A stretch of 20,762 bases of DNA from Chlamydiia bacterium (GCA_038257035.1 JBBSJT010000034.1:1-20762); one strand, 5' to 3'; positions 8,834-17,195 are shown, counted from the stretch's first letter. The notes: a model not told the origin generated them from the sequence alone. Numbers and translations are program-made.

Positions 8834-9279
8834 GTATTTATCTGAATATTGAGTTGGGTTTGAATTGTGCTAAGAGGCACAACGCTTGCATCTTTTCGAA
8901 TTCCTTCACAGTAGTTTGCAGCCTCAACCCAATCCTGTTCGCTCTTTAAATTTTGCGGCCACCATGGAAATGTTCTGCACTGTTTTGGTCTAACTTGATA
9001 AATAGAACATTTACGCTCTTTAAGAAACACACAATCATATGTTTTACTCATTTCCACCAATGCCAACTTGCCATTGATGCGTCGAAGATAGCGCATTGAG
9101 AATTGATTAACTTCCAAGTTTAAATGAGCTGCCATTGTTTCAATTTCCTCATCTGAAACCCATACGTAGCCTGGAGCCCCGGTACAGCATTGCCCGCATT
9201 CTGTGCAGCTGAAAGCCAACCCGTTTTTATACCATGGGCTATCATCTACTTCATTGACCATCTGTAATTTATCACTCAT
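8830..9279 (-). CDS. YkgJ-family (CxxCxxCC) cysteine-cluster protein
   Basis: CTECGQCC...CVFL...CSIY..RP.QCRTFPWW...C.G. The ATG at 9279 follows GAAGG by 5 nt and is preferred over the TTG at 9291. Confidence 0.9.
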   Translation of the reverse strand: MSDKLQMVNEVDDSPWYKNGLAFSCTECGQCCTGAPGYVWVSDEEIETMAAHLNLEVNQFSMRYLRRINGKLALVEMSKTYDCVFLKERKCSIYQVRPKQCRTFPWWPQNLKSEQDWVEAANYCEGIRKDASVVPLSTIQTQLNIQINT

Positions 9280-9299
9280 AAAAACCTTCAAAATAGTAA

Positions 9300-9328
9300 A
9301 GTTTATCCGTTAGTTTGGGGATTGTCAA
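9300..9328 (-). promoter_or_regulatory. Promoter TTGACA-17-TAAACT for the YkgJ-family/mrp/pgm operon
   Basis: Minus strand -35 at 9328-9323, 17-nt spacer, -10 at 9305-9300. The three genes have overlapping stop/start codons. Confidence 0.75.
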
Positions 9329-9431
9329 GTTTATTATATACCACGTTTTTTTTAACACCGAGACCACCGAGGAGCGAGGAGAGAAGAAAAGGAAGAAAGA
9401 AGAAATGCTTTGATTTCACTAGATGGTATAA

Positions 9432-9619
9432 TTTGCTAAATTTGGAGTACTGTGCCTTAAGGCTCTGCTTTGTTGCTCAAATCGGCTTGGGCGTTGCATA
9501 CCCGATTTATCGGCTTGAAGTATTTTTTAACAACTTGAATCGACAAGGTCGATTCAGCAGCCCGCCAGGTCGGGCTGAAAACAAAGCTTTGACAGGTCAC
9601 AGCACTCCAAATTAGCAAA
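9432..9619. repeat. GGAG-type REP doublet (REPIN-like) with internal hairpins
   Basis: Arms TTTGGAGTACTGTGCCTTAAGGCTCTGCTTT (9441-9471) and AAAGCTTTGACAGGTCACAGCACTCCAAA (9583-9611). Inner hairpins at 9502-9513, 9536-9556 and 9558-9577, with a recurring GACA(A)GGTC-like core. Confidence 0.7.
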
Positions 9620-9657
9620 ATTACAATTGCTATGAAAGCTTAGCTCAAAGCATACAA

Positions 9658-9697
9658 GTTGACACCCATGTCTAAACGCTTTCCTCCTTCGCAGCTA
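9658..9697 (+). repeat. Decayed direct-repeat copy of the 10393-10433 sequence
   Basis: GTTGACACCCATGTCTAAACGCTTTC-CTCCTTCGCAGCTA vs GTTGACACCCGTGACTACATGCTTTCGCTGCTCCGCAGCTA, 34/41 aligned positions identical. Confidence 0.75.
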
Positions 9698-9698
9698 G

Positions 9699-10178
9699 CT
9701 ACAACTGAAACATATAATTCATGCCCGATAATTGATTATTTATGTCTGCTGCTTGTTCATTTATTTCTGCTAATTGTGCATTTATGTCTTCAAATTGTTC
9801 ATTCATGTCTGCAAATTGTTGCTTCATTTCATTAGAATTGGCCGATATTCTCTCTGTTATATCTAACATCTTTGCCAAAGTATTCTTGTGATTAGTCATG
9901 GTTGAACCATACAGTTCTTTCCAATCAGAAGTAGAAGTATCTCCTTCGTAATCTCCAAATTCTTGAATCGCATGATTTTTCCAAAACAGTTGTTGCTGAT
10001 CACGGGTTTCTTTTTGATTGGATTGGCAGATCAACTCATAAAAAAATGAACTGGTAGCACCTAACATTGCAGCGGATTCAGGTTCCATTTCCCCTGATTG
10101 GAAAATTACTAGTTTCCACGCTTCAATAAGTAAACAAAGGTCAAAATTAACGTTGTGGAAGTCATTTGGTCTTTTCAT
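9699..10178 (-). CDS. F-box-like protein with C-terminal heptad-repeat coiled coil (paralogue of 1648..2445)
   Basis: AAGGA RBS. Shares EAWKL..F, AMLGAT..FF...IC.SN, WKN....EF and W[KR]ELY with the Sel1 protein. The C-terminus is built of 7-aa repeats. Confidence 0.8.
   Translation of the reverse strand: MKRPNDFHNVNFDLCLLIEAWKLVIFQSGEMEPESAAMLGATSSFFYELICQSNQKETRDQQQLFWKNHAIQEFGDYEGDTSTSDWKELYGSTMTNHKNTLAKMLDITERISANSNEMKQQFADMNEQFEDINAQLAEINEQAADINNQLSGMNYMFQL
9719..9823. repeat. Five imperfect 21-bp tandem repeats (coding)
   Basis: TCATGCCCGATAATTGATTAT, TTATGTCTGCTGCTTGTTCAT, TTATTTCTGCTAATTGTGCAT, TTATGTCTTCAAATTGTTCAT, TCATGTCTGCAAATTGTTGCT. Confidence 0.8.
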
Positions 10179-10221
10179 ATTATCCTTAGATAAGTGCGTA
10201 GGACGAGTAAATTAATAACAT

Positions 10222-10310
10222 TGTGATTTTTTTAACGCAGAGACGCAGAGAGGAACAAAAAAAATTCGTTCCTCTCTGCGTCTCCGCGTCTCTGCGTTAA
10301 AAAAATCACA
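10222..10310. repeat. Palindromic element TTTTTTTAACGCAGAGACGCAGAG...CTCTGCGTTAAAAAAA
   Basis: Near-perfect inverted arms built of 8-mer CGCAGAGA units. The right arm has one extra 8-mer. Confidence 0.85.
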
Positions 10311-10346
10311 CAGGTCAATTAAAAAAATGTTTATAAACACAAAATC

Positions 10347-10433
10347 TGTCGCTGCTATCGCAGCTTAATTTTTATTTTAATTAATACCACGGGTTGACAC
10401 CCGTGACTACATGCTTTCGCTGCTCCGCAGCTA
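10347..10433. repeat. Multi-hairpin REP-like element (CACGGGTTGACACCCGTG core)
   Basis: TCGCTGCTATCGCAGCT and TCGCTGCTCCGCAGCT short hairpins in direct orientation flank the palindrome CACGGG-TTGACA-CCCGTG. Confidence 0.7.
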
Positions 10434-10550
10434 AAAACAATATTCTTAAATACTACAAGATCAAATCCTTAAAGCAAAATTAACCTCTCTCATTTCTCTC
10501 ATGCAGCTTCTCTGTGATCTCTGTGTTAAAAAAAAGGTCTGTAGTGAAAC

Positions 10551-11099
10551 CTACCAGCTATCGTTGATGTAGTCGCTGATTTTTTTGGCGAGGTTGAAAT
10601 ATAAAGGCTTTTTAGAAGCATCCAAGGCCTCATCGTAGTCTGTCAGTTGACCAAGTGAGTTGGAATTGATCTGATCCCTTGTTGAGTAATAATCATGATC
10701 AAAATCAGTGCTTGCAGACACTTCAACAGGACTTAACACTTCATACCCCGTGCAGGCATCGATCAGGGAAAAAACTGCCGTAACGGTTGATCGAGTTTCA
10801 ACAGGGATTGTTTCTCTTGTAAGTTCATTTTTTTTATTTCTATAGTAGCGATACCCGATATTTTCTACATCAAAATCAACCAACTCTATTTTTAATACAA
10901 GGTCTGCACCAACTCTTCTGTACTGAAAAATGGATCCTGTCGAAATGTGATGGATCATTTCGTTTGTAAAACTGCCATCAAAATCACCTGAGGCATAAGG
11001 CACCGAGAGTGTGTTGTAACGTGAAGAAAACTGCGAACTACCAAACTGGTAGCCACAGCCACTAAGACAAACAAGTAGAAATGCTAAAACAAATTTCAT
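10551..11099 (-). CDS. lptE: LptE-like LPS assembly lipoprotein
   Basis: Lipobox LSGC followed by GYQF, LptE-like size and layout, translationally coupled to the bamD-like gene as in chlamydial gene order. Confidence 0.7.
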   Translation of the reverse strand: MKFVLAFLLVCLSGCGYQFGSSQFSSRYNTLSVPYASGDFDGSFTNEMIHHISTGSIFQYRRVGADLVLKIELVDFDVENIGYRYYRNKKNELTRETIPVETRSTVTAVFSLIDACTGYEVLSPVEVSASTDFDHDYYSTRDQINSNSLGQLTDYDEALDASKKPLYFNLAKKISDYINDSW

Positions 11100-12070
11100 T
11101 TAGATCTCATTAAAAATGCCAACCGCTTTTGACAAAGCTCTGCGATGGCCGTTTCAGGAAATTGACGGATTGCATTTTGATAATAAATTAAAGATGCACG
11201 TGGCTCTTCAATGCGCTCATAAAACTGACCGGTTTCATATAACCCTTTTGCAAATAATTCTTTCATTTGCATTACAAAACTTTCAGCCTTTAGTACTTTT
11301 TCTTCTCTTGGAAATTGCGCTCTAAAACGTCGAACGTTCAGTTCGGCAAAGGCTAAAATATCGGGATTTTGAAATTCTGCTTGGGCTTGCTCAAAATAAA
11401 TTTGATTTACAGCCAAGTAACTTTGGGGAGCAAGCTCATTTTTTGGAAAGCGTTTAATCACAAGGTTTAAGGCATCGATACTATCACGGTACTGTTTCAT
11501 GTTAAACAGAAGACTTGCTTTTGAATAAAGTGCTTTTGCGGCAAGATCATGGCCAGGCAGAGCTGCAATTACTTCATCATAAATTGTTAAACTTAAAGCC
11601 TCACCGGATGCCCATTTAGGCATTTGCTTTTTGCCGAAAAAACGTCTTGTGGCACCGTTTCTAAATTCTTCGGCAATAAGAAATTTATATTGAACCGCTT
11701 CAATAAAAAATTTTGGATGATTTTTTGCAACAATGTATTCATTGAAGGCATCATTTGCAAAATCAAATTCCTTTTGATTGAAATATGAAATTCCTAAATA
11801 ATAATGTGCATCCACAGCATAAGTTGATAAAGGAAACGATTTCGCAATAATTTGAAAGTTTGCTGCAGCTGTACACCAATCTTGATTTTCAAAACTTGAA
11901 AGTGCAAGGTCATAGTGCTCGGCAGGCGACAGGGTGGCAACTTGATTAGTGTCCACTAAACGTCCCTTTTTTAAGGCCCAGGCCGCATCCATATGTCCTG
12001 TAGCTGTCAAACAAACAACATTCATCACAAGAAAACTGATGTATTTTTTAGTTTTTAAACAAAAAGTCAT
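11096..12070 (-). CDS. bamD: Outer membrane protein assembly factor BamD-like TPR protein
   Basis: N-terminal signal-like segment, TPR helices (FP.S.YA.DAHYYLG; FP..ELAPQSY), and C-terminal YETGQFYER...AS.IYY...I..FPET typical of BamD/YfiO. Confidence 0.8.
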   Translation of the reverse strand: MTFCLKTKKYISFLVMNVVCLTATGHMDAAWALKKGRLVDTNQVATLSPAEHYDLALSSFENQDWCTAAANFQIIAKSFPLSTYAVDAHYYLGISYFNQKEFDFANDAFNEYIVAKNHPKFFIEAVQYKFLIAEEFRNGATRRFFGKKQMPKWASGEALSLTIYDEVIAALPGHDLAAKALYSKASLLFNMKQYRDSIDALNLVIKRFPKNELAPQSYLAVNQIYFEQAQAEFQNPDILAFAELNVRRFRAQFPREEKVLKAESFVMQMKELFAKGLYETGQFYERIEEPRASLIYYQNAIRQFPETAIAELCQKRLAFLMRSK

Positions 12071-12093
12071 AAAAACTGATCTCCTATTAAATT

Positions 12094-15000
12094 TTAAATT
12101 CTTTCTAAGCTCTTAAATGATGGGAATTTCTTGAGATCTTTTAATAAAAGGTCGTCAACCGTAACTCCCCATTTTGTATCGATGTGTAAAGTTGCGATTA
12201 ATTTCTCATGTGTAAAAAACTCTAAACATACAGGTATGGTTCCTCTGTTATCTTGAAAAAGCTTTTTAATTTCCAAAATGTGACTTAAGCGAACTTTATC
12301 AATGTCTAACTTAACCTGAAGCATTTTATCCTTTGGTTTCTCTTGGACCGGTGTTACAGAAGTAGCAATTGTCTCTTTTGGTTTTTTAGGCTTATTATCG
12401 TCTGCGGCTTTCATCTTAGCAAATCGTTTTACTTGATTTTTTGCCTTATCAAAAGCCACATCACAAGTTTCTACCATGGAATCATTAATGCAAGTCAAGT
12501 CATCAAACCATCGACAGCTGATTCTTGTATGCTCTTCTTTTTTATCAACTTGTAATACCGCATAAATTAATTGATTTTCATTTAAAAGATGACCTTTTTC
12601 TTCAAAAAGTTCTGCCCATACCGGAAGTTCATAGCGCATCATACCATCGCTGATCGTTAAAATGGCAAATTTCTTTTGTGTTTTAGAAGAAATTTTAACC
12701 TCTACTGACTCAATAATAAGGGCTGCTCGAAACACATGATCATGGTCCATTGCTTCAACATCGCTAAGTGGCACCGAAGACAATCTTGTTAAAATGTCTT
12801 TATAAGCATCCATCGGGTGACCTGTAAGAAAGAAACCTAAAAGTTCCTTTTCCTTTAGCAGAAGATTTAATTGAGTGCGTTTATTTTTTACTAAAGGCAT
12901 TTTTTTAAAACGTTCTTCGTTTGAATCTCCCATAATAGAAAAAAGAGACATCACACCAATTTTATTATCTTGTCGCTCTTTTGTGGCTGAATCAAACATT
13001 GGGTCTACACTTTCCTTCAACGCATCCCTTGACCATCCTGTAAAATCAAAACAACCGGCATCCACTAAATTTTCGATCGCCTTTTTATGCACTTTATTGG
13101 TATCGATGCGCTTCATGAAATTGTAAAGACTGGTAAATGGGCCTTTGCTTTCCCTTTCCTGAATAATGGCTTCAACAACACCCTTACCGATACCTTTAAT
13201 TCCTGTCATCGCAAAGCGAATTCCTTTTTTTGCTGCAAAAAAAGTGTCTTTGGCTTCGTTAATATCAGGCGGTAAAACGGCAATATTCATCGCCTGGCAC
13301 TCACCGATGAATTTGGCAACTTTTGTCAGATCGTCTCGATCGCAAGTCATTAAAGCTGCCATCCACTCATAAGGGTAATTGGCCTTCATGTAAGCTGTCA
13401 CATAGGAAAGGTAACCATACGCTGCAGCGTGGGATTTGTTAAAACCATATTGCGCAAATTTTTCCATCTTATCGAAAATGCGCATCGAAGTTTCTTCATC
13501 AATTCCGTTTTCAGAGGCACCCAACCGAAATTTATTGCGCTCTTTTGCCATCTGCTCCATGTCTTTTTTACCCATGGCACGTCTTAAAACATCCCCTTCA
13601 CCAAGTGAGTAGCGGGCAAGCTTGCTTGCAATTTGCATAACCTGCTCTTGGTAAACCATAATCCCATAAGTTTCAGACAAAATTTCCTGCATCCACGGAT
13701 GATCATACTCAATTGGCTCTCGACCATGTTTTCTGTTGATGAAAGAGGGAATCATGTCCATCGGACCCGGTCGATAAAGAGCACCGACCGCAATGATTTC
13801 TTCGAATTTATCAAGGTGCAACTGTTTTGCAAGGTCTTGCATTCCACCGGATTCTAACTGAAATATACCTAAAGTTTTGCCTTGGTTCAAAAGATCAAAT
13901 GTTTTTTGATCTTCCAAATTTAAATTGACCCAATCGATTTGCTGACCTGTATTGATTTTGATCGCATCAACGCAAACCTTAATGGCTGTCAAGGTTTTTA
14001 GCCCAAGAAAGTCAACTTTCAACATACCTACAAGCTCAACCGGCTTCATGGAGTACTGCGTGACCGGCATTTCGGAATCTTTGGCATTGCAAATCGGTAT
14101 AAATTCAGTGAGTGGCTGACCGCTAATAATGATTCCTGCAGCATGAATCCCAGTATTTCGGATAGAGCCTTCCAATCGTTTACCAAGATCGATGATGCGG
14201 GCAGCATCTTCATCATCCTCATACATGCGGCGTAAATCTTGATCCTTTTCCAAAGCCTTTTCAAGTGTGATGTTCAAATCGTCGGGTACAAGTTTTGCAA
14301 TAGCATTGACTTTTGCCAAAGGAACGCTTAAGGCTCGGCCTACATCCTTAATCGTCATTTTGGCTTTCATAGTACCGAATGTGATGATCTGGGCAACGTT
14401 GTCTTTACCATATTTATTTAAGGTATAGTTGATTACATCGGCACGTCCCTCCATGCAAATATCGACGTCGATATCGGGGTAGGAAATACGTTCCGGGTTA
14501 ATGAAACGCTCAAAAAAAAGATGGAACCTTAAAGGTTCAATGTCTGTGATACCGATCAAATAAAGAATAATGGAGCCGGCTCCGGAACCTCTCCCTGGAC
14601 CCATTGGGATGTCATTTGCCTTAGCCCAGGCAATAAAATCGCGAACGATTAGCAAATAATCGCTCATGCCTTTTGGAACAATGACGGAAATTTCAAGCTC
14701 AAGCCGTTCTCTGATTACATCATTAGGGTTTTTATCCGGATAAATCTCTTTAATTTTATCAAGTTTATCTTGGGTATAACATCTTGGAATGCCCTCTTCG
14801 CAAAGCTGCATCAAGTATTTTCCAACTTCTTGTTCTTGAATTTCTTGAGTGTATTCTTTGCCTTCAAGGCTCGGGGGAATAAAAACCGGGTAATGCTTGG
14901 TTTTAAAATCCATTTCCATGTTGCATTTATCTGCAACTTCTAGCGTATTGATCAGGCTTTCGGGTAAATCTGCAAAAAGCTGCTGCATTTGTTCTGGTGA

Positions 15001-15849
15001 CTTAAAGTAGTACTCATGCGATGCAAACACTTTACGCTTAGGATTTAAAATACGTAATTTAGGATTGCCAAAAGAATCCTTTTGCCAGATTTCGACAGGT
15101 TCACCAGATTGGATATTCAAAAGAACTTCATGCGCCCTAAAATCTTGCCGCTCAATGTAATGACTGTTGTTTGTTGCAACAAGTTTGATGTTTAATTCTT
15201 TTGAGGCTTCAACAAGTAGCTCATTTACTTTTTTCTGTTTTGCAATGAAATCTTCGTAGTGCTGTAGAAGCCACGATTCGTCATACATACCACCCGATTG
15301 CAGATCAGCTTCACTCATTTGATGCCGTTGCAACTCAAGGTAATAATCCTCGCCAAATAGATCATGGTGCCATTTGATGATTTCGTAGAGACTCTCTTTC
15401 GTTCCATGAATTGCTTCATGCGCTACATGACTGCTTTGACAACCGGAAAGACAAATTAAACCTTCGCTATGCTGTTTTAATGTGTCATAATCAATTCTTG
15501 GATTGTAATAAAAGCCTTCCAAGTAGCCCATAGAACTTAATTTACAAAGGTTATGGTAGCCTTGTCTATTTTTTGCAAGTAGAATTAGGTGGTAGCTTGT
15601 TCTAGCGCCATACTCTTTTTTCTTATCTTTCCTGTCACCTGGCGCCACATAAAATTCAACACCGATGATTGCTTTTAGGCCCTGTTCCTTACATGCCTTA
15701 TAAAATTCGACAGCGCCATAGAGGTTCCCGTGATCAGTTAAAGCACATGCCGGTATGCCAAAAGCTTTTGCTTTTTTGGCAATTGCATCAACACTCGATT
15801 GTGCATCAAGAATTGAATATTGCGAATGAACATGTAAAGGAACCCACAT
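12094..15849 (-). CDS. dnaE: DNA polymerase III alpha subunit
   Basis: PHP domain HVHSQYSILD/TDHGN, GPGRGSGAGS, FERFINPER..PDIDVD, KVDFLGL, YQEQVMQ, FAQYGFNKSH, EKELLGFF. Confidence 0.99.
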   Translation of the reverse strand: MWVPLHVHSQYSILDAQSSVDAIAKKAKAFGIPACALTDHGNLYGAVEFYKACKEQGLKAIIGVEFYVAPGDRKDKKKEYGARTSYHLILLAKNRQGYHNLCKLSSMGYLEGFYYNPRIDYDTLKQHSEGLICLSGCQSSHVAHEAIHGTKESLYEIIKWHHDLFGEDYYLELQRHQMSEADLQSGGMYDESWLLQHYEDFIAKQKKVNELLVEASKELNIKLVATNNSHYIERQDFRAHEVLLNIQSGEPVEIWQKDSFGNPKLRILNPKRKVFASHEYYFKSPEQMQQLFADLPESLINTLEVADKCNMEMDFKTKHYPVFIPPSLEGKEYTQEIQEQEVGKYLMQLCEEGIPRCYTQDKLDKIKEIYPDKNPNDVIRERLELEISVIVPKGMSDYLLIVRDFIAWAKANDIPMGPGRGSGAGSIILYLIGITDIEPLRFHLFFERFINPERISYPDIDVDICMEGRADVINYTLNKYGKDNVAQIITFGTMKAKMTIKDVGRALSVPLAKVNAIAKLVPDDLNITLEKALEKDQDLRRMYEDDEDAARIIDLGKRLEGSIRNTGIHAAGIIISGQPLTEFIPICNAKDSEMPVTQYSMKPVELVGMLKVDFLGLKTLTAIKVCVDAIKINTGQQIDWVNLNLEDQKTFDLLNQGKTLGIFQLESGGMQDLAKQLHLDKFEEIIAVGALYRPGPMDMIPSFINRKHGREPIEYDHPWMQEILSETYGIMVYQEQVMQIASKLARYSLGEGDVLRRAMGKKDMEQMAKERNKFRLGASENGIDEETSMRIFDKMEKFAQYGFNKSHAAAYGYLSYVTAYMKANYPYEWMAALMTCDRDDLTKVAKFIGECQAMNIAVLPPDINEAKDTFFAAKKGIRFAMTGIKGIGKGVVEAIIQERESKGPFTSLYNFMKRIDTNKVHKKAIENLVDAGCFDFTGWSRDALKESVDPMFDSATKERQDNKIGVMSLFSIMGDSNEERFKKMPLVKNKRTQLNLLLKEKELLGFFLTGHPMDAYKDILTRLSSVPLSDVEAMDHDHVFRAALIIESVEVKISSKTQKKFAILTISDGMMRYELPVWAELFEEKGHLLNENQLIYAVLQVDKKEEHTRISCRWFDDLTCINDSMVETCDVAFDKAKNQVKRFAKMKAADDNKPKKPKETIATSVTPVQEKPKDKMLQVKLDIDKVRLSHILEIKKLFQDNRGTIPVCLEFFTHEKLIATLHIDTKWGVTVDDLLLKDLKKFPSFKSLERI

Positions 15850-15860
15850 TCTTTTAGTAC

Positions 15861-17195
15861 CTATAATTTTTTGTTGTTTTCAGTCACACCATAAAGAGGA
15901 AGAAGAAAAAGAAGCGAAATAAAGCTGCAAATAAATAGGGACCAGAAAAATCCTTCCCATCCATATTCTTGAGTAATTCTGCCAAGCGGATAACCTGCAA
16001 CTGCCGCTCCTATATAGGCAAAAAGACCAACAAAACCTGTGGCTGTAGCGGCCGCTTTTTTATGACTCATTTCAGCGGCAGCAACTCCAATCAACATTTG
16101 GGGACCAAAAATCGAAAATCCAACAAGAAAAATAGCCAGAGTATTTAACCAAGGTAAATCGGCCGGTATCATCCAAAAAGTTAAAATAGAAAGACACATG
16201 CTAATAGCAAAAAACACGTTAACAGGCCCCCTTCTTGCGGCAAAAAGCCTATCTGAGGCCCATCCTGCAAAAAGACTACCGATAAAACCACCAGCCTCAA
16301 AAAAAGAAGCGGTTACATTGGCACCAGTTACTGAATACCCTTTTGATTCAATCAAATAAAGTGCCGTCCAATCATTAATACCTGTCCTTACACTATAAAC
16401 AAAAAAGTAGGCAAAAGCTAAAAGCCACATGTATTTATTCTTAAACACATATTCCATCAAAATCTGTTTTGAAGTTAGAGTACTCTCCTCTTCAAAGACA
16501 GCTTTGGAGGAGCCGTAATCGTTTCTAAAGACTTCAATAGCAGGCAATCCTAAAGATTGAGGCGTATCTCGCAGACGGTTAATCAGAAATAACCCCCCAA
16601 AAATACAGATCACTCCGGGTACATACATCGCATAGCGCCATCCAAAATATTGAAGGGCTGGTCCTGCTATATATGGAATAAGAAAAGCACCCACATTATG
16701 AGAGACATTCCAAGTGGACCACCAGGAGCCACGCTCTGAATGAGAGTACCATTGCGTTAAAAATCTTGCACATGGCGGCCAGCCAAATCCTTGGAAATAA
16801 CCATTTAATCCCCAAAAAACGGCAAACATCATAATGCTGGAGGACATTCCAAATAAAATGTTGACAACACCCGTAGAGATAAGTCCGAATGCCATAAAAT
16901 AGCGCGGATTGGATCTGTCTGCTAAAAAGCCACTTGCAAATTTGCTAAAACCATAAGTGACCGAAAAAATACTACCCAAAAGTCCAAGTTGGCTTTTATC
17001 AAAATGAAGTTCTTGAATAAGACCCGGCATGGCAATGCTGAAGCTTTTTCTGGTAAAATAGTAAAAGGCATACCCTATAAACATCGAATACAAAATTCGA
17101 ATGCGCCAATAACTGTATTTTTCAGCTACAACTTCAGGGTCTTTGATTGGCTCGATAAAGGGAGCGGGTTTGAATATTTCAAAAATTGAAGTCAC
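15861..17195 (-). CDS. uhpC: UhpC/GlpT-family MFS hexose-phosphate transporter
   Basis: YAFYYFTRKSF, YGFSKF, FQGFGWPP, ERGSWWSTWNVSHNVG, RDTPQSLGLP, FGPQMLIG, AATATGF. GTG start with AAGGAG RBS. Confidence 0.93.
   Translation of the reverse strand: MTSIFEIFKPAPFIEPIKDPEVVAEKYSYWRIRILYSMFIGYAFYYFTRKSFSIAMPGLIQELHFDKSQLGLLGSIFSVTYGFSKFASGFLADRSNPRYFMAFGLISTGVVNILFGMSSSIMMFAVFWGLNGYFQGFGWPPCARFLTQWYSHSERGSWWSTWNVSHNVGAFLIPYIAGPALQYFGWRYAMYVPGVICIFGGLFLINRLRDTPQSLGLPAIEVFRNDYGSSKAVFEEESTLTSKQILMEYVFKNKYMWLLAFAYFFVYSVRTGINDWTALYLIESKGYSVTGANVTASFFEAGGFIGSLFAGWASDRLFAARRGPVNVFFAISMCLSILTFWMIPADLPWLNTLAIFLVGFSIFGPQMLIGVAAAEMSHKKAAATATGFVGLFAYIGAAVAGYPLGRITQEYGWEGFFWSLFICSFISLLFLLPLYGVTENNKKL

Larger units (their letters stand above)
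9346..10535. mobile_element. Putative non-autonomous composite element bounded by 30-bp imperfect inverted repeats
   Basis: 9346-9375 TTTTTTTTAACACCGAGACCACCGAGGAGC vs the reverse complement of 10506-10535 TTTTTTTTAACACAGAGATCACAGAGAAGC, 26/30 identical. No transposase and no obvious target-site duplication. Confidence 0.45.

Noticed and set aside
9439..9612. 6S RNA, SRP RNA or tRNA-like gene call
   Set aside because: The apex is multi-hairpin rather than a rod with a central bubble. There is no SRP helix-8 GNRA motif and no proper T-loop. The arms look like GGAG REPs. Kept only as an open possibility.
9322..9615. 97-aa ORF on the + strand
   Set aside because: TTG start inside the opposite-strand promoter, no RBS, and it runs across repeat and palindrome DNA with low-complexity translation.
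10394..10399. TTGACA as a promoter -35 (also at 9659)
   Set aside because: It is the loop of the repeat palindrome and has no good -10 at 17 nt.
9658..10433. CRISPR array or integron attC cassette
   Set aside because: Only two degenerate copies ~735 bp apart, no regular spacers, no cas or integrase gene, and no convincing RYYYAAC/GTTRRRY box pair.
12094..15849. Intein or frameshift in dnaE
   Set aside because: Continuous 1251-aa frame with ordinary domain order and no intein splice motifs; only short insertions.
8367..17189. Short ORFs nested in mrp, bamD, dnaE and uhpC
   Set aside because: Shadow frames of conserved genes.
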